From Candidatus Thorarchaeota archaeon (lineage in GTDB: Archaea; Asgardarchaeota; Thorarchaeia; Thorarchaeales; Thorarchaeaceae): a stretch of DNA of 10,299 nucleotides. The DNA lies in the NCBI GenBank assembly GCA_003345595.1, contig PRDI01000094.1, positions 1 to 10,299 on the forward strand, given 5' to 3'. Under the pieces are notes generated by a model, which was not told the DNA's origin, searched no databases, and saw only the letters and a program-made list of their open reading frames with translations. Shown here in pieces: positions 1 through 6,982 of this stretch; position 1 is the first letter of the stretch, and every line of letters starts with the position of its first letter. A program made the translations under genes and the position numbers.

Positions 1-15
1 CATGGCATTCACCTC
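1..15 (-). promoter_or_regulatory. Archaeal Shine-Dalgarno (GAGGTGA) overlapping the nitroreductase stop, preceding the ATG of a downstream gene that runs off the left edge
   Basis: Minus strand reads AAGAGGTGA ATGCC ATG. The TGA at 11-9 is the stop and part of GAGGTGA. The ATG at 3-1 lies 5 nt after GGTGA; an alternative ATG is at 8-6. Confidence 0.6.
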
Positions 16-752
16 TTCTTGGAGAATGGCTGCCCCCATCGGTTCAGGAACGCAATCTCTTCAGGAGTCTGCCTCGGTGGCCCTTGTGTCCTTTCGAACT
101 TTGGGTAACCCAAGGTCAGACATAGAATCGGAACCCAGTGAGGGTCGGGGATGCCTAGTTTCTCGCACACTGCTCTGACATCATCGAAGTGGTCTAGCTG
201 CACCGATGAAACGCAACTTCCGAGTCCAAGTGATGTGGCCGCCAGAGCCATATTCTGCATCATCATTCCTCCGGCAACTACCGCGTGTCTAGGTGATGAC
301 CACCCAAAGACACCTCCTGTTCCTCTGAGTGTGGCCTGAGAGTTGCCTACGTGAGTCTGGTCGACAGCAAGGACCAGAAGGACAGGCGCACCATTGGTTT
401 CGGGTCTCCCCTTGATGTATTCGAATCTCTGACCTGTCACAAGTATGTCTATTGTTCTCTCAAGGCTGACCTTCGATTCGATGTAGCTGAGACGACGCTC
501 CAGTTCTTGACGAGGAGTTGCTCGGCCAAAGAGCTGAACGGTCCTGTCCACTGCGATCTGACCAATGAATTCTTGAATCTTCTTGTCCCGGACCACGATG
601 ACTCTCCAGGGCTGTTGATTCTCAGCACTCGGGGCATAGCCGCCCGCCTCGATCACTCTGTAGATGAGTTCGTCGGACACATCCTTCGAAGTATCATAAT
701 CCCTGATGGCACGTCGAGATTTGATGATGGTGATAGTTTCGTTGTCTTCCAA
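9..752 (-). CDS. Nitroreductase-family FMN-dependent oxidoreductase with a long internal insertion
   Basis: FMN-binding motifs IKSRRAIRDY, APSAENQQPWRVIVV, QNMALAATSLGLGSC and LTLGYP. TTG start with TGGAG about 10 nt upstream and no in-frame ATG just upstream. Confidence 0.9.
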   Translation of the reverse strand: MEDNETITIIKSRRAIRDYDTSKDVSDELIYRVIEAGGYAPSAENQQPWRVIVVRDKKIQEFIGQIAVDRTVQLFGRATPRQELERRLSYIESKVSLERTIDILVTGQRFEYIKGRPETNGAPVLLVLAVDQTHVGNSQATLRGTGGVFGWSSPRHAVVAGGMMMQNMALAATSLGLGSCVSSVQLDHFDDVRAVCEKLGIPDPHWVPILCLTLGYPKFERTQGPPRQTPEEIAFLNRWGQPFSKKR

Positions 753-875
753 GAAGGTCTTGCTCCATGGACTCGTGCACGTCTGGCGGGCGAACTCCTT
801 TCTTAAGTAAGTACCTTCTGGAATGATCCGTGCAATCCACTCGCAGACTCTACCAGTCCTTGGTGCTGATGCGTC

Positions 876-1424
876 CTATTCGAATTCGTAGCGACCTGTC
901 TTGGGCAGGCCGGCGATACTCCGCTCGAGTTCATCTCTCTGTTTGTAGTACTCGGCTATCGAGATAGTTCCCTTGTCGCGGTCCTGCTTCGCTTTGTTCA
1001 GCTTGTACTCAAGTTCCGTCTTCTCCATGGAAGCTAAGCTCAGCGACGTCACTATTCTGACCCTGGCGCCTGCTCTCTCACTAACTCCTCTGAGCAACGG
1101 GGTCCAGCAGACCTCTTGAACGTGAGCCGCAAATTCGAAACCCCTTTCGAGGACCCTTTCCCATGTTGGACTTGACTTGATTACAATTTCCTTGCCGCTC
1201 TGTTCAACCTCGAAACCCATGGCTCTCAAGGTTTCAGCGGAAGTGTGAGCTGCAGCCTCGGCACCCTTGGCCTCAGCCCTTACCGCAGCCCCCTGTCCAA
1301 TCTGCCGGAAGATGCTAGAATGGCGGTCAGACCATGACCGGTCGCCAAGAGATCCGCTCGCCGATGACAAGAGCCGCTCTATGAAGGTGGTGAAGGTCTT
1401 TCTCACGGTTCCGGGTTCGCTCAT
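876..1424 (-). CDS. Hypothetical protein, probable V4R/H-NOX/Bet3(TRAPP)-like fold with a SHOCT-like helical hairpin insertion
   Basis: ORF 876..1436. The second ATG (1424) is preceded by GGTGA with a 5-nt spacer, so it is the preferred start. Segments IFRQIGQGAA, LRAMGFEVEQSGKEIVIKSSPTWE, VCWTPLLRGVSE and GRYEFE resemble V4R-like proteins. LNKAKQDRDKGTISIAEYYKQRDEL resembles SHOCT. The CDS is likely real; the fold call is tentative. Confidence 0.55.
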   Translation of the reverse strand: MSEPGTVRKTFTTFIERLLSSASGSLGDRSWSDRHSSIFRQIGQGAAVRAEAKGAEAAAHTSAETLRAMGFEVEQSGKEIVIKSSPTWERVLERGFEFAAHVQEVCWTPLLRGVSERAGARVRIVTSLSLASMEKTELEYKLNKAKQDRDKGTISIAEYYKQRDELERSIAGLPKTGRYEFE

Positions 1425-1476
1425 CCAGCTCACCATCTTGCTTCGGGTAGCTGGGTATGGTCTATGAACAGCTGTC

Positions 1477-2085
1477 TTAAGGCCTTGTCAGTAGCTTCGT
1501 TATCTCCGCAATCCTTCTTCCGAAGTCCCTAGCTATCTTGCGCTCTACTTGGTCAACGGGACGCATACTTTCGGCTCCCGCCACAGCAGTGGGACCATAT
1601 GGGGTTCCGCCTGATTGGGTCGTGTCGACTTCTGGCGAAACATACCCTGCCGGCACAATGATCATTCCATGGTGCATCAGTGGAATCATCATAGTAATGA
1701 GAGTTGTTTCCTGGCCTCCGTGCATCGAGCTTGAGCCCGAGAACACTCCACCGACCTTATTGACCAGCTTGCCTTTAGCCCAGAGTGGACCAGTCTGATC
1801 GATGAAGTTCTTCATCTGGGCTGCCATGTTGCCGTATCTTGTCGGACTGCCAAATACAATGGCGTCATAGTCCGCAAGTTCAGCCACCTCGGCGACAGGT
1901 ACGTCCTTCTGAAGTTCCACGCCGGCTTTCAGTCTTGGCCTTGATTCTACTATAGAGGTTGGCACTAGTTCGGGAACCCGCTTTATCTTGACATCCGCCC
2001 CAACTTCCTTCGCACCTGCGGCTATCTCCTTTGCTAACTCGTACATGTGACCGAAGGTGCTGTAGTACACGATTAGCATTCTCAT
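1477..2085 (-). CDS. wrbA: NAD(P)H:quinone oxidoreductase, WrbA-type flavodoxin-like protein
   Basis: Signature motifs IVYYSTFGHM, KRVPELVP, ADYDAIVFGSPTRYGNMAAQMKNFIDQTG, HGGQETTL and GGTPYGPT; 202 aa. Confidence 0.95.
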   Translation of the reverse strand: MRMLIVYYSTFGHMYELAKEIAAGAKEVGADVKIKRVPELVPTSIVESRPRLKAGVELQKDVPVAEVAELADYDAIVFGSPTRYGNMAAQMKNFIDQTGPLWAKGKLVNKVGGVFSGSSSMHGGQETTLITMMIPLMHHGMIIVPAGYVSPEVDTTQSGGTPYGPTAVAGAESMRPVDQVERKIARDFGRRIAEITKLLTRP

Positions 2086-2108
2086 GACTTTAACGATTGT
2101 GAACCAAC

Positions 2109-2118
2109 CGTATAAGCA
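2109..2118 (-). promoter_or_regulatory. Putative TATA box of a leaderless wrbA transcript
   Basis: Minus-strand GCTTATAC is centred about 28 nt upstream of the ATG at 2085 and no SD precedes the ATG. This spacing fits archaeal leaderless mRNAs. Confidence 0.45.
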
Positions 2119-2157
2119 TTACGATTCTGACCTGAACGCTTGTGTTCTGAAGGCATC

Positions 2158-2973
2158 TCATAGTGCACTTGAGTTCGCCGGCGCACGAACTGAACGGTCG
2201 GTTGCCCTTCTCACCATCTTGATTGCCTGATTCTCACACACCGAGACGCACAGGCCACATCCAACGCATCTCTCGGGTTCATGCTTCATTGCTCCGTTCA
2301 AGACCGTTCTGGCCTTGAAGTGACATCGAGGGACGCATCTGCCGCAATCATTGCACTTCTCCCGATCGTGCTCCACTGTGAAGTTGCTTGCAAGGGCAGT
2401 ATTGCCCAGTCCATACTGTATCGCACTTCTAAGCATGACGCAGCAGCACGGGCAGCAGTTGCAGATCACATAGAAGTAGTCAGATGATGGAGCGGTTATT
2501 AGCTGATGAACGAGGCCAGCTCTGTCAGCACGAAGCACCAAATCCTCGATGTCATTAACTGTGGCTGATTTGACAGGCATTCTGGTTGAAAGCTCGGCGA
2601 GACTCTGGGCAGTCCCAGTGTGGATGCAGGTCCACACATCATTGTCACAGTTCTTGTGGGCACTTCTACAATAACAATACCCAATGGCTAGGGCGGGCAC
2701 TCTCCTTATGATGCTGAGAATCTCCTCAGTGGGCGACACAGTCGGGACTGCAGTGAGGCTCACGTTAAGTGGTATGACTCGACTCCCATAGACCCGAGTG
2801 ACTAGGCTCATCATATCCTCGAAGTAGTTGAGTCGGGTGTGGCGGTCAAGAAAACGGATCGTATCGAGGATTGGCACTTCAAGAAGGCCAAAAAGCGACG
2901 AGAACACCTTGCCTATGGGAGGGTAACGAAGGAGGAATCGGATGCGCATAGTGACGATGCGTGGAAGTGCCAT
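2158..2973 (-). CDS. Cys-rich iron-sulfur protein with a C-terminal 2x[4Fe-4S] ferredoxin domain
   Basis: Two CxxCxxCxxxC motifs (CNDCGRCVPRC, CVGCGLCVSVC), plus CYCR-x5-C-x6-C and GLVHQ...ICNCCPCCC; 18 Cys in total. Confidence 0.88.
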   Translation of the reverse strand: MALPRIVTMRIRFLLRYPPIGKVFSSLFGLLEVPILDTIRFLDRHTRLNYFEDMMSLVTRVYGSRVIPLNVSLTAVPTVSPTEEILSIIRRVPALAIGYCYCRSAHKNCDNDVWTCIHTGTAQSLAELSTRMPVKSATVNDIEDLVLRADRAGLVHQLITAPSSDYFYVICNCCPCCCVMLRSAIQYGLGNTALASNFTVEHDREKCNDCGRCVPRCHFKARTVLNGAMKHEPERCVGCGLCVSVCENQAIKMVRRATDRSVRAPANSSAL

Positions 2974-3039
2974 CAGTTCTCACATCATATCTAACGAAGC
3001 ATCTTAGCTGCCAGATAGGGAACAACTGCTTCATCACTG

Positions 3040-3094
3040 GGAAGCAGAAAAAGGAAGTGTGCCGCGCCAAGCACGACGTTCGGCGTGGCATATT
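3040..3094 (-). terminator. Stem-loop followed by a pyrimidine/T-tract downstream of the acyl-CoA dehydrogenase gene (putative terminator)
   Basis: Inverted repeat 3056-3072/3078-3094 lies just after the TAG at 3103-3101. On the minus strand it is followed by TCCTTTTTCTGCTTC. Confidence 0.5.
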
Positions 3095-3100
3095 GACTGT

Positions 3101-4303
3101 CTAGATGATCGGAGCATCTCTGCCCTCGTATTTCACGCGGAATCCCGTGTCTAGACTCTTGCTTTCTTTCAAGATTGCACTACTGGCAACCACGCGTTGC
3201 ACTTGGTTGGTGCCCTCGTAGATCTGTAGGAGCTTTGCATCCCGCAGGAGCTTCTCTGCAGGCCACTCATTGAGGTAGCCGTAGCCGCCCATGATCTGTA
3301 CCGCATCGGTAGCATTCTGCATGGCCGCATCTGATGCAAAGAACTTGGCAAACGCGGAATCCTTTGAGTTGTCTTTTCCTTGGTCAGCAAGCCAAGCGGC
3401 ATAGCGTGTTAGTTGTCTGGCCGCGGCTACCCTTGCGCCCATATCTGCGAGAGTGAAGCCGATTCCCTGGAACTCTCCAATTGGATGTCCAAACTGGTGA
3501 CGTACACTAGCAAACCTGGCGGCTTCGTCAAGTGCTCTCTGGGCAACGCCCGTCGCAATGGCCGCAATCCCAGCTCGCGTCTTGTCGAGAGTCTTCATCG
3601 CTATCTTGAATCCGTCACCTTCCTTTCCCACGAGGCAGTCAGCTGGGACTCTCACATCCTGAAAGATGACTTCACTCTGAACCGAGTTGCGCTGTCCCAC
3701 CTTGTTTTCTATGTGACCCATGGAAACCCCTTTGCTCTTCGGCACCATGAAGACAGAGATGCCCTTGTGCTTGAGCTCAGGCTGAGTTGTAGCGAACACT
3801 GTGAATAGAGATGCCACTGGCGCACTTGTGATGAAACACTTCACACCGTTGATGATGTACTCGTCTCGGTCTCGCACTGCCTTAGTGGCAACTGATGCAG
3901 CATCTGACCCTGCTGTCCTCTCTGTAAGACAGAAAGCACCGAGCTTCCCCTCTTTCCCTGTTATGAGAGGCTTGACATAGGTCTTGAGCTGGTCAATCGT
4001 AGCCCCAATCACCAGAGGCGCAAAGGCTAGGTTGTTACACATGATAGATGTGGCCATTCCTGCGCAACCGTACCCTGTAGCTTCGGACACGAAGGTTTCT
4101 GCCAAGAGCGACATGCCCGGCCCGCCAGCCTCTACTGGAATGTGTAGATTCATGAGACCCGCTTCGTAAGCCTTCTGCACTATGTCCTTCGGAAACTCGT
4201 CATGCTTCTCGAGCTCCTGTGCGCGCGGAGTAATGTACTGCCGCGTGAACTCTCTGGCTCGTTCTGCAAGCTTCTGTTCTTTTTCAGTCAGCGAGAAGTC
4301 CAT
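3101..4303 (-). CDS. Acyl-CoA dehydrogenase (short/medium-chain, butyryl-CoA dehydrogenase-like)
   Basis: Motifs MDFSLTE, GAFCLTERTAGSDAAS, YIINGVKCFITSA, GFKIAMKTLDKTR, RHQFGHPIGEFQGI, AVQIMGGYGY, and the catalytic Glu in QIYEGTNQVQR. Confidence 0.95.
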   Translation of the reverse strand: MDFSLTEKEQKLAERAREFTRQYITPRAQELEKHDEFPKDIVQKAYEAGLMNLHIPVEAGGPGMSLLAETFVSEATGYGCAGMATSIMCNNLAFAPLVIGATIDQLKTYVKPLITGKEGKLGAFCLTERTAGSDAASVATKAVRDRDEYIINGVKCFITSAPVASLFTVFATTQPELKHKGISVFMVPKSKGVSMGHIENKVGQRNSVQSEVIFQDVRVPADCLVGKEGDGFKIAMKTLDKTRAGIAAIATGVAQRALDEAARFASVRHQFGHPIGEFQGIGFTLADMGARVAAARQLTRYAAWLADQGKDNSKDSAFAKFFASDAAMQNATDAVQIMGGYGYLNEWPAEKLLRDAKLLQIYEGTNQVQRVVASSAILKESKSLDTGFRVKYEGRDAPII

Positions 4304-4419
4304 TGTTTGTCGACCTGTTGCTGGCGGTTTCGAAGTCCCCTTTTAAAGTATAAGACCAGCTCCCTTAAATCCTCCAAAACTCTGGCGGGCATTAGCGTAT
4401 CAATTGTGGAGCTGCCGAG
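4304..4419. promoter_or_regulatory. Divergent promoter region between the acyl-CoA dehydrogenase and thiolase genes
   Basis: AT-rich core TTTTAAAGTATAAG (4341-4354) and CTTAAAT (4364-4370) in otherwise mixed-composition DNA; TGGAG lies 8 nt before the thiolase ATG. Confidence 0.55.
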
Positions 4420-5592
4420 ATGCCGCTGAAAAAGACGTTCATAGTGAGCGGTGCTCAGACAAAGTTCGGAGCACTTGAAGGAGTCACTTTCCGGGAGATG
4501 CTTGCTGAGGCTGTTGACAAGGCCACGATTCAAGCAGGCGTACCCAAGAAGGAGATCCAAGCCGTTTTCTTGGGGACGTTCAATCCGGAAATGCTGATAC
4601 ATCAAGGGCATACAGCACCGTTGCTCCTTGACTATGCAGGTTTGAGAGGACTGCCCGCGACGCGACATGAAGCTGCGTGTGCGTCTGGTGCCGTGGCTCT
4701 GCGTGCAGGAATAATGGCCATTGAGTCCGGGCTTTATGATACTGTTCTGGTTGGAGGAGTCGAGAAGATGACTTCTGTATCGACGAACAAAGTCACCGAA
4801 GCTCTCGCTGCAGCGGCAGACGACGAGTTCGAGTCCGGTGTGGGTCTGACATTTCCCGGTGTTTTTGCATTGGCTGCAGTAGCTCACATGAACAGATATG
4901 GAACAACCCAAGAGGACATGGCTCTTGTTGCTGTAAAGGCACACAAGAACGCCGCGTCTAATCCGTTGGCACAGTTCCAAAAGGAGATTACTCTCGAGAA
5001 AGCGATGACCCCCAAGTTCGTTGCTTGGCCCCTGAAGCTATTCGACTGTTCTCCCATTTCTGATGGCGCCGCTGCGCTCGTACTCTCATCCGACAAGAAG
5101 GCGAAGCAGTACACTGACACGCCTGTGAAGATAGTTGGGTCCGGTCAGGCCTCAGCATCGATGAACCTCTCCGGTCGTTCGGACCTGACGTCGTTCGAGG
5201 CTTCCGTCGCAGCAAGCAGGTCTGCTTACAAGATGGCCAATCTCACGCCCAAGGACATTGATTTCGCTGTTGTGCATGACTGTTTCACCATCGCAGAAAT
5301 AATCGCAACAGAGGACATTGGGTTCTTCAAGCCAGGGGAGGGCGCAAAGGCAGTCCGGGAGGGAATAACCGCGAAAGACGGCGCCAAGCCCATCAATCCT
5401 ACTGGAGGTCTGAAGGCTGTGGGTCACCCTGTCGGAGCCACAGGAGTAAAGCAGGCTGTCGAGGTCTACAAGGAGCTGATAGGGGCTGCCGGCGCGAACC
5501 AGGTGCCAAAACACAATATCGGTCTGATGCACAACTTTGGTGGGACTGGAGCCACCTGTGTTGTCAATATCATGAGGAGGGCTGATGCATGA
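4420..5592 (+). CDS. Acetyl-CoA C-acyltransferase (archaeal/SCP2-type thiolase)
   Basis: Nucleophile motif EAACASG, plus GGVEKMT, DCSPISDGAAA, VHDCFT (SCP2-type), GHPVGATG and C-terminal HNFGG. Confidence 0.95.
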   Translation: MPLKKTFIVSGAQTKFGALEGVTFREMLAEAVDKATIQAGVPKKEIQAVFLGTFNPEMLIHQGHTAPLLLDYAGLRGLPATRHEAACASGAVALRAGIMAIESGLYDTVLVGGVEKMTSVSTNKVTEALAAAADDEFESGVGLTFPGVFALAAVAHMNRYGTTQEDMALVAVKAHKNAASNPLAQFQKEITLEKAMTPKFVAWPLKLFDCSPISDGAAALVLSSDKKAKQYTDTPVKIVGSGQASASMNLSGRSDLTSFEASVAASRSAYKMANLTPKDIDFAVVHDCFTIAEIIATEDIGFFKPGEGAKAVREGITAKDGAKPINPTGGLKAVGHPVGATGVKQAVEVYKELIGAAGANQVPKHNIGLMHNFGGTGATCVVNIMRRADA

Positions 5593-5978
5593 GCGAGCGA
5601 CCTACAGTTGAGGCCTACAAGAAGAACATTCAGGAGGGAAAGTTCAGAGCCCTCAAGTGTAGCAGCTGCGGGGCGGTAATAACCCCTCCATTGGGTACAT
5701 GCTACAATTGTGGTGGCAACAAGATGGAATGGACTAACGTCAGCGGAAAGGGAAAGCTCGTGTCGTTCACGGTGATCCACGTTGCTCCAGATGAGTTTGC
5801 CCCTGAGGTTCCCTACATCGTTGCCATAGTGGAGCTCGCTGAGAAGAGTCGGGTCACAGCTAGACTCGCCGGTTTCGATCCATTGAAGCCGGAAGCCATC
5901 AAGATCGGCATTCCGCTGGTGCTTGGCTACGAGAAAGGCAAGTCTGGGAAGAACTACCTATCTTTCAGACCCGCCTAA
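5589..5978 (+). CDS. DUF35-family Zn-ribbon/OB-fold protein (thiolase partner)
   Basis: CSSC-x10-CYNC rubredoxin-like ribbon followed by SGKGKLVSFTVIH...PYIVAIVELAE OB-fold. ATGA overlap (5589-5592) with the thiolase stop suggests translational coupling. Confidence 0.93.
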   Translation: MSERPTVEAYKKNIQEGKFRALKCSSCGAVITPPLGTCYNCGGNKMEWTNVSGKGKLVSFTVIHVAPDEFAPEVPYIVAIVELAEKSRVTARLAGFDPLKPEAIKIGIPLVLGYEKGKSGKNYLSFRPA

Positions 5979-6114
5979 ACGACTGCTAGAACGGTATGTC
6001 CCCTGAGGAGTCCTAGTGTTCAGTCATGTTCTGCCGCTGTAGACGAGGGTTGCCTCCATTAGATTGCGAAGACAACACATGAGAAACCGAAGGCGTTGGT
6101 GGATGCACCACACA

Positions 6115-6858
6115 TCAAGGGGGCGAAATCTCCTGGGGCGGTCTGTTGGCCTTGAGATTCGACCAGTCAACCCTGACCATCAGATACAGGATAACCACAA
6201 CGGCGAGGACAGTCAATACCTCGGCTGACTTGGAGACCCAGCTCGTTGGATTGATAGCATCTATCAGTTGCTGAATGAAGCCGAGGCCCGTCCTTCCAGC
6301 CCATGCAACCCCTGTGAGAAACATGCTTTTTCCAAGGAGCTGAAGGAGGAACACTTTCCACCATGGGTATCTAACAACCCCAAGTGGGACTATGAGCTCA
6401 TCGTCAGGCAGAGGGGTCACAGCAAGAAACCACAAGACCAACGGTGTCAGGCGTGGATGTTTCTCGATGAGTGACAGGAACCCACCTCTCCGACTCTCAT
6501 CGATAAAATGGCCTCCAGCCCGGCCAATTGCATACCCGGTCATCTCTCCAAGGGTCGCTCCTATTCCCGAGGCGATACCTACAACGAACGGATTGAACAT
6601 GAACTCATGAGTGATAGTGTCGGTCAAGCCTCCTAGCATGAATGGGACGGCAATGTACGGAAAGGGGATCAGAATCGTGGCATTGCCAATGAAGGAGATA
6701 AGGAACGAACCGGGGTAGCCCATGACTACCGACACCTGTTCCAACCATGCGTAGAGAAAGGTGATCGGACCTGAGAGTCCTGTGTAAAGGCTGACAACCA
6801 CCCAGTACGTGAGGAGAAGAGCTACCGAGATGACGAACAGCATATCCAATCTGCGCAT
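6115..6858 (-). CDS. DedA/VTT (SNARE-associated Golgi protein-like) membrane protein
   Basis: Several hydrophobic segments, DedA-type GATLGEMTGYAIGRAGG and TPLPDDELIVPLGVVRYPWWKVF...GK. Start uncertain: TTG 6882, ATG 6858 or ATG 6843. Confidence 0.85.
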   Translation of the reverse strand: MRRLDMLFVISVALLLTYWVVVSLYTGLSGPITFLYAWLEQVSVVMGYPGSFLISFIGNATILIPFPYIAVPFMLGGLTDTITHEFMFNPFVVGIASGIGATLGEMTGYAIGRAGGHFIDESRRGGFLSLIEKHPRLTPLVLWFLAVTPLPDDELIVPLGVVRYPWWKVFLLQLLGKSMFLTGVAWAGRTGLGFIQQLIDAINPTSWVSKSAEVLTVLAVVVILYLMVRVDWSNLKANRPPQEISPP

Positions 6859-6982
6859 TATGCTCTGGCCCGCAGAGCGCAATCTCTTTCAGTCATGATA
6901 TGAACGTTCCCGCTGCAGCTAGGGACAATCACTTCGCGTGACCGTGACTCGGAATGCAGTCGCTTGTGAGAGGCATAGAGAA

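Noticed and set aside
151-806. Plus-strand ORFs 151..339 and 351..806
   Set aside because: Antisense to the nitroreductase, with no family motifs.
2879-3091. 70-aa minus-strand ORF across the ACAD/Fe-S intergenic region
   Set aside because: It runs through the hairpin and T-tract, overlaps the Fe-S gene out of frame, and has no coding-like features.
4288-4980. 230-aa minus-strand ORF
   Set aside because: Antisense shadow of the well-supported thiolase. It crosses the divergent promoter and has a Cys/Ser/Arg-rich composition with no recognisable motif.
5979-6114. Possible SECIS or ncRNA in the convergent intergenic gap (ATGA...GA; TGGTG-GATG-CACCA hairpin at 6097-6110)
   Set aside because: The stems are too short for SECIS geometry, I found no in-frame TGA at a conserved Cys position in neighbouring genes, and a 5-bp hairpin is expected by chance.
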